This document shows, piece after piece, positions 1 to 11,075 of a stretch of DNA of 64,000 bases. Origin of the DNA: Promethearchaeota archaeon. GTDB taxonomy: Archaea > Asgardarchaeota > Lokiarchaeia > Sigyniarchaeales > SOKP01. The notes beneath the pieces were generated by a model. The model was not told where the DNA came from and ran no database searches. It saw nothing but the letters and a program-made list of their open reading frames with translations. The stretch lies in assembly GCA_016839555.1 (NCBI GenBank), contig JAEOUA010000002.1, positions 26,369 to 90,368 on the forward strand, read 5' to 3'. The position numbers and the translations under genes are program-made. How positions within the stretch are numbered: the first letter of the stretch is position 1; every line of letters begins with the position of its first letter.

Positions 1-296
1 AAACTATTAATCTATTGAAATAATAAATAACTAAAACTTTTTAGTTTTTTGATTTAAATTATAAAAGTTTTTTATTTTTTAATCAAAAAAGATCCTAAAT
101 TTTATCTTAAGATTTCTGGTAAATAAATTTTTCTTTGCTAATTTTGAAAAAATTTTCTGATTAAAGTTAAAATTTTAATAAAGAATCAACTTAATTTTAA
201 TTTAGTAAAATTTGTAATAATGTTTTGATCTTAAAACTGCAAATTTTATGTAATTGTGATTAAAACAAATCAAAGAATAATATTATATTTGATATT

Positions 297-1994
297 ATGA
301 AAGATTATTCGGATTGGACTCCCTTTTTAGATTATGAAAATGAATCCCCTTTTTTGGAAAGCTATGAACGTCCTTGGTTACAATTTCGCCCCCCATATAT
401 TCCGAAATCAATTAAATACGATTTAATTCCACTTCATGAATTTATCAAAACAACCGCAACTAAAATTCCAAATAATGTATGTGTCTATCACAAACCTATT
501 GATAAAAAATATACTTATAGAGAATTTATGTATATTTCTGATAAGGTCGCTAATGCTTTATCTCAAATAGGTATAGGAAAAGGTCATGCTGTAGGCATTT
601 TAATGCCAAACTGCCCTGAATTTTTATTTTGCTGTATGGGAATTTTGGAAGCGGGAGCAGCGGTCACACCAATCAATCCTCTCTTGAAAGAGGCAGATGT
701 GGAGCATATTATTCGAGAAGCTGGAATTATAAATACCATTTTTGTGCATAAAAGCAACTATAGAACAATGAAAAAGGTCGAGAAAAAAGTGGAGATAAAA
801 AATATTATCTTAATTGGATCGGATCAAGGAAAGGATCATGCGATTACTTTTGAGGAATTTATTGAAGATGTTTCGCCCTCTCCACCAGAAATCGATATTG
901 ACCCCATGGAAGATCTTGCCGCCTTACTATTTACTGGAGGAACAACAGGGCTTCCCAAAGGTGTCATGTTAACCCACAATAATATTGTGGCGGATGCTCT
1001 TCTTACTCTTGAAACAAACAGGGATAGTGAAGAACCTCTCGAAGATAATATCGGAAATACTGTCAACTTGAGCATTTTACCGCTCTGCCACACGTTTGGA
1101 TTTGAAATCATGGTTACTGCATTATTTGGAGGGGCTATGCTTGTTATGTTTGCATCTTTTAACCCTTCCGAAATTTTGGAAGCTTTGGAATATTATGAAG
1201 TGTCTATATTTGTAGGTGTTCCAGTAATGTATCAAATGTTAATCCATTCACCTGATTTTACTGAAAGAAATCTGTCGAAGATAGAACAAGCAAGTTCTGG
1301 TTCCGCAGCATTAGCACCAGAACTCGCTAGAAAATGGGAAAAAGTTGTGGGCACTAAAGTTGGTCAAGGATTCGGCTTAACTGAATCATCACCCATTACC
1401 CATATACCTGTTCCCTGGATGCCAGAAATTAAATCGGAAAGCATCGGTATTCCAATAATAGATACAGACGCAAAAATCGTAAAACCTGAAACTCTGGAAG
1501 ACCTTCCACAGGGTGAAATAGGTGAACTTTTAATAAAGGGCCCTCAAGTAATGAAGGGATATTGGAAAAAACCAAAACTAACAGAAAAAACCATTGTTGA
1601 TGGATGGCTGAAAACCGGGGATCTCGCAAGGATGGACGAACAAGGATATTTTTACATAGAAGGCCGCACTAAGGATATAATCAAGTATAAAGGCTATAAA
1701 GTAATGCCTAGAGAGGTTGAGGAAAAGCTCTACGAACATCCAGCTATATTAGAAGCGGGTGTAGTGTCAGCACCCGATCCCAATATCGGCGAAACCATCA
1801 AAGCGTATATTGTATTGAAATCTGAATATAGAGATGGCAAAATCAAGGAGCGAGATATTATTGAATGGTGTAAAGAACGATTAGCGGGGTATAAATATCC
1901 AAGAAAAGTTGAGTTTCTCAATATATTACCCCGCACGATGGTAGGCAAAATTTTTAGAAGAAAATTAAGGGAAATGGCTTTCAAAAAACAATAA
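297..1994 (+). CDS. Long-chain fatty acid--CoA ligase (ANL/AMP-binding family)
   Basis: FTGGTTGLPKG AMP-binding loop, GFGLTE, GWLKTGD and C-terminal VGKIFRR lysine motif. Confidence 0.93.
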   Translation: MKDYSDWTPFLDYENESPFLESYERPWLQFRPPYIPKSIKYDLIPLHEFIKTTATKIPNNVCVYHKPIDKKYTYREFMYISDKVANALSQIGIGKGHAVGILMPNCPEFLFCCMGILEAGAAVTPINPLLKEADVEHIIREAGIINTIFVHKSNYRTMKKVEKKVEIKNIILIGSDQGKDHAITFEEFIEDVSPSPPEIDIDPMEDLAALLFTGGTTGLPKGVMLTHNNIVADALLTLETNRDSEEPLEDNIGNTVNLSILPLCHTFGFEIMVTALFGGAMLVMFASFNPSEILEALEYYEVSIFVGVPVMYQMLIHSPDFTERNLSKIEQASSGSAALAPELARKWEKVVGTKVGQGFGLTESSPITHIPVPWMPEIKSESIGIPIIDTDAKIVKPETLEDLPQGEIGELLIKGPQVMKGYWKKPKLTEKTIVDGWLKTGDLARMDEQGYFYIEGRTKDIIKYKGYKVMPREVEEKLYEHPAILEAGVVSAPDPNIGETIKAYIVLKSEYRDGKIKERDIIEWCKERLAGYKYPRKVEFLNILPRTMVGKIFRRKLREMAFKKQ

Positions 1995-2042
1995 AAAGCA
2001 TTTATATTTCAATAAATCTGAAAAATAAAACAGCATACCACA

Positions 2043-3464
2043 TTAATTTAATTCTGGTATTATATCGGTTTTTATTTCTATAGTTCTGAGTGACACCACA
2101 CTTATAAGATAAAAAAGCCCCATTGATACTAAAGAAAGTATTATAATCATTGGATTCTCTTGATTAGGACCGATAAGTAAAATTCCCATTAAAATAGACC
2201 CTAAAGCTTTGCCTAAAGAGACTATAAAGTTTAAAGAACCATAATATGCACCTGATATTTTTGAGACCTCTTCTTCTGGATTAATCTTATCTATCAGAAA
2301 TGCGGCATTATAGACTAAAATGGCTCCCATGGGTACTGAAAATAAAGGAAAGGCATATAATGAACCGAGAACAGTTCCAATTGCTATAATAAAAAGGAGA
2401 ATCTTTAAGAAGTACGATTCAAAATTGAATAAGAATATTAAAATTAAAAATGAAGAAATAATCCCAGAAGCAATACATAAAGAAAATTTCTGTTTTAAAT
2501 CTTTGTTTTGAAAAAAATACTTCCATAAAAAATACCATGTGAATTTAGTAATAGTAGAAAGCAGAACATAAATAAAAAATTCTCTTTCTCTGAATTCTAG
2601 AACGAATGTAAGGAAAGGGATAATTGCTATACCTAATATATTTGAGGAGGTACTATTGAAGAAACTTACTGAAAGATATTTACGATATTTTTTATCTCTT
2701 AAAGGAGCTAAAATTTGCTTAAAGGCCCTTTTAATAGATAAATTATTCCTCCTTTGGAAGCTATATTGATTATAAAATGACTCATCAACAGAAAAATAAA
2801 CTGAAAAAACTGTTAAAGCACCTAAAATTATGGAGGAAATACCAATTATTGGCATCCAAAATAGAAATATTTTTCCAGAAGGTTGCCACCATTTTACATT
2901 TTCTGGATCAACTAAATTTTGTATGATAAGAGGCAAAAGTAATGCAATTACAGAGGCAATAATTAAAAAAATTCCTTGCATTGTAGCAATAGACTCTTGA
3001 GTCTTTTTAGATCGAAATTGTTCTGGAAACATCGCAAGATACGCGGTGTAGATTAATGTATCTGAAAGAGCATTGAGAATCATAATCGTCCAGAAATAAA
3101 TAGCAGTAGGTAAGAAAAAAGAATTATCTTGTGGACAATAAAAGGGCGGCATCCAAATTAATATATTTGATATAATCCAAATTGGTAATCCAATCAATAA
3201 AAATGGTCTTCTCCTTCCCCATTTCCCGGGTCTTTTCCTGTCATTTATTACCCCCCATAAAATTGAAAACAGAGCACTAATAATTAGATTTAAACTTATT
3301 CCAATGGAGACAAAAATTGAATTCAAATTGATAGTATACACGTAAAATTGAAAAATAAAAGTGGCAATCAAGATTCTTATCAATGATACGCCAAAGTTAC
3401 CAAGAGCATATCCAATTTTGTTTTTTTCCCGCTTTACTTGATTGCTCACTTCTTCTGTAGTCAT
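2043..3464 (-). CDS. MFS transporter, GPH/MelB-like
   Basis: About 12 hydrophobic segments; DR...WGRRRPF motif. Confidence 0.85.
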   Translation of the reverse strand: MTTEEVSNQVKREKNKIGYALGNFGVSLIRILIATFIFQFYVYTINLNSIFVSIGISLNLIISALFSILWGVINDRKRPGKWGRRRPFLLIGLPIWIISNILIWMPPFYCPQDNSFFLPTAIYFWTIMILNALSDTLIYTAYLAMFPEQFRSKKTQESIATMQGIFLIIASVIALLLPLIIQNLVDPENVKWWQPSGKIFLFWMPIIGISSIILGALTVFSVYFSVDESFYNQYSFQRRNNLSIKRAFKQILAPLRDKKYRKYLSVSFFNSTSSNILGIAIIPFLTFVLEFREREFFIYVLLSTITKFTWYFLWKYFFQNKDLKQKFSLCIASGIISSFLILIFLFNFESYFLKILLFIIAIGTVLGSLYAFPLFSVPMGAILVYNAAFLIDKINPEEEVSKISGAYYGSLNFIVSLGKALGSILMGILLIGPNQENPMIIILSLVSMGLFYLISVVSLRTIEIKTDIIPELN

Positions 3465-3594
3465 CTTATTATTAAAATTTTTTATTAAAAAATTTGGTAA
3501 AAGTTTTTTGCTTTATTGTTTTATAAATAGAAATACAATCTTATTATAAATAAAGGTAAAACAATCTGAATTCTAAATATTGGAGAAATTTTTA

Positions 3595-5070
3595 TTAGGA
3601 ATTGATTTTCTTATTTAATTTAGTCCCATATTCATATAACTTTAAGAATGCTTTAGCTGCGATTTTTACTGATGGAAATACAATAAAATCATCATTTATA
3701 AGTTTTTCATAGAAGATTTCTCGATTTCTACCTGGATATTCATGAAGTATAAGGATAAACACTTTATTGTTGGATTCTGTATAATTTTTTATTTTGATTA
3801 GATTTTTATAATAGCTCTTGAATCGCTCGTTTTCTATATCATTCCATGCATCTGTTTCCACAACTACTAAGTCTATATCTTTTTCATCAATGGCGGTTTT
3901 ACATACTAAGTAATACTCTTCTGTATTGGAAATCCAGGGTAAATCGATCGGATTTTTTAGGCTTCCAATTCTCGCAAGATAAATTTTTTCTAATTTCCTT
4001 AAAGATTCACCCTCAAAATAGGGCATCTCTAATCCTAAATTTGTTAGAATATCCGTTGCCAATATACCAAAACCACCTGACCATAAAATAACAAGTACTT
4101 TTTTACCTTTCGGATAATTTGTTTCTTGTTTGAGCTTTTTAAAACGGTTGATATATTTATAAAATAAATAGGTATAATTGATCAAGCTCTCTAATGAGGG
4201 TGGTACTTCAATAATCATTGTTTGTTTATAAATTGCATCCCAAATTTTATTTTGTGTAACTATTGAACCTGTATGGGAAATCACGGCGATTTTACCTCTC
4301 TCTGTTTTTCCTCCTCTCATAAATAAAACAGGTTTATTCATGGTTTTTAAAACATTGAACAAATTAATTCCAGCTTTAGGGTGTAAGGGTGAAAATCCCT
4401 CAAAATAAACACAAATCAAATCAGTTTCTTCATCATTATTGAAATAATCTAAAATTTCTTGGATTTGAATGTCTACACAATTTCCAATACTAATGCCTTT
4501 TGAAAAATGAAGATTATATTTATTATTGCTAAACTTAATGAATCTTGAATGGAGATCTCCAGATTGAAATATTAAACCGATATTTCCAGATTCAATCGGA
4601 AAAGAAGGATAATATGCCACTTTACCCTTTGGAGAATAAATACCCATACAGTTTGGACCGATAGCTCTTGTGTTTTGTTTTGAATCAAGTAATTGTTTTA
4701 ATTCGCTTTCAATTTTCATTCCAACCTCATCCGCTTCTCCTGTACCAGCCGTAAAAATATGGATGAATTTCACATGAATTTCTGAAAATATATCTTCAAG
4801 TGAGGGGATTAATAACTCTCTCCTTACTGATAATATTAAAAGATCGATGCTTTTTTCGGGTATCTCATCAAACGATTTAAAACATTTTATTCCTGATATT
4901 TCATCCTCACTAGAAGAAATTAAGAATAAATTATCTAAATCAAATCCTTGTCGTATAAATCCCTCGATGAAGTAATAGATTTTCGATTTCGCTTCATATA
5001 TTGCTACAGTTTTCGGTTTAAATAAGTAATTTAAAGATTGATTGTGCTCTTCTGAATTTGTATTATCCAT
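3595..5070 (-). CDS. Acyl-CoA synthetase (NDP-forming) alpha-subunit-like, CoA-binding protein
   Basis: LFKPKTVAI start, GPNCMG, QSG, SIGN, phospho-His motif SHTGS, NPIDL. Confidence 0.85.
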   Translation of the reverse strand: MDNTNSEEHNQSLNYLFKPKTVAIYEAKSKIYYFIEGFIRQGFDLDNLFLISSSEDEISGIKCFKSFDEIPEKSIDLLILSVRRELLIPSLEDIFSEIHVKFIHIFTAGTGEADEVGMKIESELKQLLDSKQNTRAIGPNCMGIYSPKGKVAYYPSFPIESGNIGLIFQSGDLHSRFIKFSNNKYNLHFSKGISIGNCVDIQIQEILDYFNNDEETDLICVYFEGFSPLHPKAGINLFNVLKTMNKPVLFMRGGKTERGKIAVISHTGSIVTQNKIWDAIYKQTMIIEVPPSLESLINYTYLFYKYINRFKKLKQETNYPKGKKVLVILWSGGFGILATDILTNLGLEMPYFEGESLRKLEKIYLARIGSLKNPIDLPWISNTEEYYLVCKTAIDEKDIDLVVVETDAWNDIENERFKSYYKNLIKIKNYTESNNKVFILILHEYPGRNREIFYEKLINDDFIVFPSVKIAAKAFLKLYEYGTKLNKKINS

Positions 5071-5101
5071 TTTATAAAATCAATTAATATGAGTTGAAAA
5101 T

Positions 5102-6121
5102 TTATTTCGGTTTTCTTGAGAAAATCCTTTTTAGGAACGAAACTTTTTCTTCTTCCACTACCTCCTCTTTTATAATCTTTTCTGGTGCTGCTCCTTTCCA
5201 GAAGGGTAAAACTGCCCTGATTCTCTTAATTTTTTTCAGTTTAAATATTAATAATGTGCATAAATTAATAATTAAAATGTTGGAGATCAAAAGAATCAAA
5301 CTTCCAAGGGTAAGACCAAAATCACGATAAACCAAGGCAAGGCCTACATTGCTCGCAGGGGGCATTAATGATAGTGCAATAGCAATACCTACAATCGAAG
5401 ATTTTATTTGTCCAGTAACAGTAAAACCTACTGCAATCCCTCCACATATAGCAATGATGATATCAAACAAATTAGGAAACGTTCTTATCTGCATTTCTGT
5501 GGTAGGCTTCGGTAATTGGATAACAAATCTGCTAAATAATCCTAACAATAATCCCGCGCTTATAGCCATTAATAATCCCACTATTTGGGAAATTAGACTT
5601 TTTCTTAAGACCCACTTATTTTTAGTAATGATACTGAAGGATAATCCGAGTATTGGCCCCATTAAAGGAGATAATATCATTGACGCTATTAGAATGATCG
5701 CTGAATTCGTCAGAAGCCCAACTCCCGCAATAATTGCAGATAAAATGATAAATAAAAAGTAATTGAAAGTAGGTTCTGAGTTCTCTAATATATCTTTTTC
5801 TATTTCTTCCACTGAAACTCTCTCTGCTAACTTCATTTTTCCCTTCATTTTTCCAGTTGGTTCGGTCATATCGAAGCGAGGTATTGTTGTTTCTAAACTC
5901 AAGATATCAATTATTCCATAACTTCTTCCTACACCAATTTCGTTTAACTTATCGATAATTTCTGGAACAAATGTCTTTCTGTGTCTTATAGTGATAAGCG
6001 TATTAAAATCACTTTTAAGCATTATCATATGCTTTATTTGAAGATCCTCTTGCAAAACCTTGAGGACTCTTTCAACATTTTCTTCTGGGATATTTGGAAT
6101 GGTAATTTGAATAAGCCTCAT
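5102..6121 (-). CDS. DUF389 / TIGR00341 family membrane protein
   Basis: SAIIAGVGLLTNS, ASMILSPLMGP, GIAIALSLMPP motifs. Confidence 0.85.
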   Translation of the reverse strand: MRLIQITIPNIPEENVERVLKVLQEDLQIKHMIMLKSDFNTLITIRHRKTFVPEIIDKLNEIGVGRSYGIIDILSLETTIPRFDMTEPTGKMKGKMKLAERVSVEEIEKDILENSEPTFNYFLFIILSAIIAGVGLLTNSAIILIASMILSPLMGPILGLSFSIITKNKWVLRKSLISQIVGLLMAISAGLLLGLFSRFVIQLPKPTTEMQIRTFPNLFDIIIAICGGIAVGFTVTGQIKSSIVGIAIALSLMPPASNVGLALVYRDFGLTLGSLILLISNILIINLCTLLIFKLKKIKRIRAVLPFWKGAAPEKIIKEEVVEEEKVSFLKRIFSRKPK

Positions 6122-6345
6122 ATAATATTCATCCCTTTATAATTATTCTTTAGAATTGAATTTTATTTTTATTATGAAAACATTAGATTAGAATTAGAAT
6201 TAAATTATATTTATGCTTTTTGTTTCTATTAAATAATTTCTAGTATTAATCTCTAAATTTTAATAATTTGAAAATAAAGCCAATGAAAACTATATTTTAT
6301 TTTAGAACTATTATAAATCTTAATTAATTTTTAACTAATAACATA

Positions 6346-7248
6346 TTAAGTTGTTAATCGATCTGTTAAATGATCTTCAAAAGCTTTAAGATTCTTCCAA
6401 GAAGTTGCACACCTAATTAATTTACCAGTTTTTCCTTCTATAGTTCTCCCATCATCTGTTACTACGATTTTTAATTCTTTTATATTTAAAAATTCTTCGG
6501 AATATGCTAAATATATCGCAACAGGATCGAATAGAGTAGATGTTGTTCTCGCTTCCATCATTTTTTTATAGACTCGTCTTTCTTTTGCCCATAATTTAGT
6601 TTGTTCACTAATTATTGAGGGTATAGGATCATTATTTCCTATAACTCGGTCAAAATCAGCACCAGAAAGTTTTACTAATCCACAAGTATCTAAGGGGGTT
6701 ATTGTTTTGTTCCAATCTGAATTAAAAACCTTTCTACAAGCATCAATATTTTGAGATATATTATATTCCACCGTGATACCTGGCAGATCCTCATAAAACC
6801 TTCGGATAGCTCCTTGCATTCCAATAAATCGAGAATTATTAATAATAGCAGAATTTTTTTTGAGTGCGGAAGCAATATTTCCAAGAGGGCCAATAGCTAT
6901 TAGATTTACTTTTTCAGGCGAGTGAATTATGGTATCTATAATTGCAGAAACTCCATCATTAAATATTAATCCATTATATTGAGAGAGATCATAATCCTTT
7001 ACCCATTTACGTAAAGGCCCTTTAGGTCCTTTTACCTTAATCCCAATGCCTATGGGGATATCTGTACGATCCACACTTTCAAGGAATTTCGCAACTAATT
7101 TTGCCTTAAAAGTAGTATTATGATGAGTGGTTGTAATTAATTTTACATCCAATTCTGGACATTTTAACAACATCCCAAGCGCCCATGTGTCGTCAATATC
7201 ACGACCGATATCCGTGTCAAGAATAACAGGCGTCTTTTTTAAATTCAT
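6346..7248 (-). CDS. Nucleoside hydrolase (IU-NH family)
   Basis: N-terminal DTDIGRDIDD motif, IGPLGN, EYNI, PLD, LFDP. Confidence 0.9.
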   Translation of the reverse strand: MNLKKTPVILDTDIGRDIDDTWALGMLLKCPELDVKLITTTHHNTTFKAKLVAKFLESVDRTDIPIGIGIKVKGPKGPLRKWVKDYDLSQYNGLIFNDGVSAIIDTIIHSPEKVNLIAIGPLGNIASALKKNSAIINNSRFIGMQGAIRRFYEDLPGITVEYNISQNIDACRKVFNSDWNKTITPLDTCGLVKLSGADFDRVIGNNDPIPSIISEQTKLWAKERRVYKKMMEARTTSTLFDPVAIYLAYSEEFLNIKELKIVVTDDGRTIEGKTGKLIRCATSWKNLKAFEDHLTDRLTT

Positions 7249-7336
7249 ATTTGAAGATTTGTACTTTATTATATTTTAATATTTAGATTCGAATTTATTT
7301 TTAAAAAGATAAAAAATTTGGACAAATTAAAACAAT

Positions 7337-7510
7337 CTAAAATACGAGCAGCTTTATTACTTGAAGTAAAGATCCATAAGTTTTCAAGATGAAGGTAATA
7401 AGCTTTAATCCATCATTATATTTAAAGGTTGAAAGAAATTTTGGTCCTTTTTTGCGAAGCTCGGGATATGTATCTTGACCAGAATCTTTGTATTTAATAT
7501 CTAAAAGTTT
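7337..7510 (-). pseudogene. Internal relic of a GH4 glycosidase gene
   Basis: Hand translation LLDIKYKDSGQDTYPELRKKG...LKTYGSL matches the GH4 G(E/Q)DLYP.LR block, cf. GEDLYPKLRE in the intact GH4 at 61-62 kb; no start codon. Confidence 0.55.
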
Positions 7511-7707
7511 TTATTTAATTTTATTTTTTAAATTTTCTTTGAAGCATGGGAGGACGATATGGATTTAACTGCTCAACAATTCTCAACTTAGGGTTTTTTA
7601 AGTATTGTTAAAAAACAAGACTTAATGTAAGATTTATATACTTATCGATATAATAATAAAATGTTAGTTTTAAATAAATAATGCAAGAAATAAAGAATTA
7701 ATAAAAT

Positions 7708-9123
7708 GTGGTAATTTTGGCAGAAAAAAAATCATCTAAAGATGATATTAGAAGATACTCAAAAAAAATCTTGGTTTCTTTTCAACTGGGCAATTTCGTT
7801 AATTTATTGATGAGTCAAATGTTTTCGATGCAATTGGCGTTTTTTTACCAGAGTATAGTGGGTATTGCAATCACTCTTTATCTCATAGCCCAAGTGATTT
7901 ATATGCTTTTTAACATGTTCAATGACCCTTTAATTGGCTATTTCTGTGATAAATCAACCCGATTCGTTAAAAAATGGGGTAAGCGATTTCCTTGGATCCT
8001 CATAGGAGCTATCCCTTATTGTTTCATGGTGATTGTCATTTATTCCGCTCCAAAAACAGCCCAAGTGGGACAAATTACCGTTTTTCTATGGTTTTTACTT
8101 TCTCAGTGTTTAATGGATACATTTTTTTCGCTTTATGATATAAATCGCTATGCTCTTTTTCCTGATAAGTTCCGCCATAATAAAGACAGGAGGATTGCTG
8201 GGACTATCACGACATATCTTGAAACCTTTGGGATAATGGCGGGAGTGATAGTGCCAGTATTAATCATTGATACATTTGGAACTGAGCTGGGATATTTCTA
8301 CATGTCAATAATTGTAGCATCTATTGCACTTATAGCCATGATAGCGATGATTCCGGGAATAAGAGAAGATGAAATAATGATTGAGAGGAGATTGAGCATA
8401 GAAAAAGATAAAAAACCTGAACCATTCTTTTCCAACATGAAATCAACCTTAAAAGATAAAAACTTCATGGGAGTCATGATATTCTTCATCTGTTATTCGG
8501 GTTGCATGGGTCTGGTAATGGCATCTCTACCTTTCGTCGTCAGGGATATCTTACAATTATCGAAGATAGGAGAGCTCTTTGTAATTTTCTACATATTCGC
8601 AGTTATCGTAACTACTCCGCTTTGGTATAAAATATCCTTCAAAATTGGAATAAAGAGAACAAACATGATTGGAGGAATAATCTTAGGAAGCGTCATGCTT
8701 TTGTTTCTCATCATACCACTCGGAGGGCAGGGAATTCCCATAGCCATTATCGGTTTTCTTGCTGCAGGGAGTGTGGATGGGGCTATCATTACAATGACAT
8801 GGCCTCTCTTTTCAAGCGTGGTGGACAGAGCAACGATTGACACCGGCTCTCGCCGAGAAGGAATTTATCGTGGAACGTGGGTTTTCTTTTCTCGTGTCGC
8901 TATTGTAATCCACTCTGCAATTTTTTGGTTTGTGCAAATTGTTTTCAACTATAATCCCCAAGGTAACAACACCATAGCTCAATTATTAGGCTTAAGAATT
9001 CAAGTGGGTGTCTTTCCCATAATTATAATGGGTATCGGAGTATTATTTTTCTCATTGTTCTACAAAATCTCACAAGAAGAAATGGAAGAGAATACACTTA
9101 AACTAAAGGAATTAAAATTGTAA
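7708..9123 (+). CDS. MFS transporter, GPH/MelB-like (true start probably the TTG a few codons in)
   Basis: NDPLIG..D, WGKRFPW, RREGIY motifs; about 12 TM segments. Confidence 0.88.
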   Translation: MVILAEKKSSKDDIRRYSKKILVSFQLGNFVNLLMSQMFSMQLAFFYQSIVGIAITLYLIAQVIYMLFNMFNDPLIGYFCDKSTRFVKKWGKRFPWILIGAIPYCFMVIVIYSAPKTAQVGQITVFLWFLLSQCLMDTFFSLYDINRYALFPDKFRHNKDRRIAGTITTYLETFGIMAGVIVPVLIIDTFGTELGYFYMSIIVASIALIAMIAMIPGIREDEIMIERRLSIEKDKKPEPFFSNMKSTLKDKNFMGVMIFFICYSGCMGLVMASLPFVVRDILQLSKIGELFVIFYIFAVIVTTPLWYKISFKIGIKRTNMIGGIILGSVMLLFLIIPLGGQGIPIAIIGFLAAGSVDGAIITMTWPLFSSVVDRATIDTGSRREGIYRGTWVFFSRVAIVIHSAIFWFVQIVFNYNPQGNNTIAQLLGLRIQVGVFPIIIMGIGVLFFSLFYKISQEEMEENTLKLKELKL

Positions 9124-9282
9124 GAAGAGAAGTTTATAATATCATCGAATGAAATAAGAGAAATCTTGAATAAATCTCATAGAAATCTTTTTATAAACTT
9201 TTTTTTTCAATTTTTATTAAAATTTTGAAACTAAATTTAATTATTATTCATTAAGGTCCTCAAAATCAATGGTAAGTAATAG

Positions 9283-9423
9283 ATGAAATCAACGCTTAAG
9301 GTTCGAATTAGTTTAAATGATGCCCATTACGGGCGTAATCTAGTGGATGGTGCAAAGTTTCTTGAATTATTTAGAGATGTCGCCACCGAACTTCTAATTA
9401 AAAATGACGGGTATTTCCTATAA
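9283..9423 (+). pseudogene. kal: Truncated 3-aminobutyryl-CoA ammonia-lyase (hotdog fold), N-terminal 46 aa only
   Basis: [43 protein letters not shown] matches the Kal signature DAHYGGNLVDGA...FGDVATEL; conserved Gly residues replaced by Arg; early TAA. Confidence 0.75.
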
Positions 9424-9598
9424 AAAAGCAGCGAAAATGATCATTTCTCTTTTATCATGCTTTTTGCCATAATTTAAATTATAAAATAATAATGATACTA
9501 TTGGTCTTTTATTATTTAAATAGAAAAAAATTTAAATAGAATTTTTAATTTTCAAAATCAAAAGTTATGAATATAGAATACACATCTTAAATACTACC

Positions 9599-10000
9599 AT
9601 GTCTGACGAGAAACTAGAAGAAATAAAAAGGAAGAAATTTGAAGCCTATATGAACATACGTGCTCTGCCTAAAGAAATCGTACATTTAGATACTCCTGAA
9701 AGCCTTCGAGATTTGATTAATAAATTTCCTAATAAAGTGATTATAATTGATTTTTGGGCACAGTGGTGTGCGCCATGTTTGAGTTTTGGCCCTATTTTTG
9801 AAGCATTTCAAAAAGAATATGGAAATACCTTTATATTTACTAAAGTTAATGTAGATAATAACCCACAATTAGCTCAACACTTTGGTATTACGGGAATACC
9901 AACTACAATCTTTCTTAAAGATGGTAAATTGCTTCGTAAACAAGTAGGGGCTATGAATTATGAAAGTATGAAATTATTACTTAATAAATTTAAATCGTAA
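9599..10000 (+). CDS. trxA: Thioredoxin
   Basis: WCAPC active site, cis-Pro IPT motif, archaeal-type N-terminal LEEIKRKK helix. Confidence 0.92.
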   Translation: MSDEKLEEIKRKKFEAYMNIRALPKEIVHLDTPESLRDLINKFPNKVIIIDFWAQWCAPCLSFGPIFEAFQKEYGNTFIFTKVNVDNNPQLAQHFGITGIPTTIFLKDGKLLRKQVGAMNYESMKLLLNKFKS

Positions 10001-10069
10001 CTTAACAAGGTTCCGTATTTCTTTATAATATTTAAAAATTAGAAAATACTGTTATAAAGGTTTATAAAA

Positions 10070-10537
10070 ATGAAGAGTATATCAGAACAAATAGAAGATT
10101 TTGAAAAGAAAGATTATCTAAAGTTAAAGAAAAGAAATATCTTCAAAAGTGAGAACCTGTTTATGGCAATTCTAGGATTAAATCTACTAGAAACACGAAT
10201 ATTTGCATTTTTATTGAAAAATAAAGATGTAAGCACCTCTAGAATGACTCAACTTTTCCAGATGGATAGAAGTTCTATTCAAAGAGCCTTAAAAACGCTT
10301 ATCGATATGGAACTTATAAAAAGAAAATCAATGTCCTTAAAACAATATTCAAATTTAAAAAATTTAGACTCAACAACTAAAAGAGGCTATTTATATGCTT
10401 ATAATGCCTTGGACATTAAAACGATTCAAAAACGTATGATTAATTTACTTGATAAATGGTATGAGTCTATGGCTAACTATATTCACGATTTAGACTCGCT
10501 ATTTGATTGCTATGAAGAAGATGGAAGGCTCTGCTAA
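10070..10537 (+). CDS. Winged-HTH transcriptional regulator (TrmB/GbsR-like)
   Basis: LGLNLLETRIF...DRSSIQRALKTLIDMELIKR HTH; GYLYAY wing. Confidence 0.75.
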   Translation: MKSISEQIEDFEKKDYLKLKKRNIFKSENLFMAILGLNLLETRIFAFLLKNKDVSTSRMTQLFQMDRSSIQRALKTLIDMELIKRKSMSLKQYSNLKNLDSTTKRGYLYAYNALDIKTIQKRMINLLDKWYESMANYIHDLDSLFDCYEEDGRLC

Positions 10538-10811
10538 ACTTATTTTCTATTTAATCTAAGTCTTGCTAAATATCTCTAATAATCTTTCTCATTTTTCTTT
10601 TAAATTACTTTAGATCAAGAGATATAGAAAATACTGCACTATTTTTAAAAATTTAATTAATCGATTGGTCATTAAAAATTTGATTTTGTTACCCTAGAAA
10701 ACATAAATAAAATTTTATAATAATATCCTTAATAAAATTCAGAAGTTAAACAAAAGGAATACTAAATCAGTGAAACTACAAAAAATAATAAAAAAAACAA
10801 AAAAAAGTCAG

Positions 10812-11075
10812 TTAGGCACTCTCTAAAATATATAGCATACTTCCATGAGGAATGAAAAATCTATCTTTTTCCTTGATGATTACTGTATGAAAATATTCCG
10901 CTAACCCCAAAAAACCTCGTATCACACTTTCATCCTCTTCGAATAAAAATTTCACATGGACAATTCCATTTTTTGCCGAAATCTTTACCTCATCATACAC
11001 ACGTTCATCAATCAGCGGTATTTTTAACTCATTTATGATTTCAAAAACACGTTTTATAAATAATTCAGAACTGAT
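10812..11075 (-). CDS. Small hypothetical protein (ORF track starts at 11000; frame is open upstream, possible ATC start at 11075)
   Basis: Uninterrupted frame ISSELFIKRVFEIINELKIPLIDERVYDEV...; AAAGGTG SD-like motif 8 nt upstream of the ATC. Confidence 0.55.
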   Translation of the reverse strand: MSSELFIKRVFEIINELKIPLIDERVYDEVKISAKNGIVHVKFLFEEDESVIRGFLGLAEYFHTVIIKEKDRFFIPHGSMLYILESA

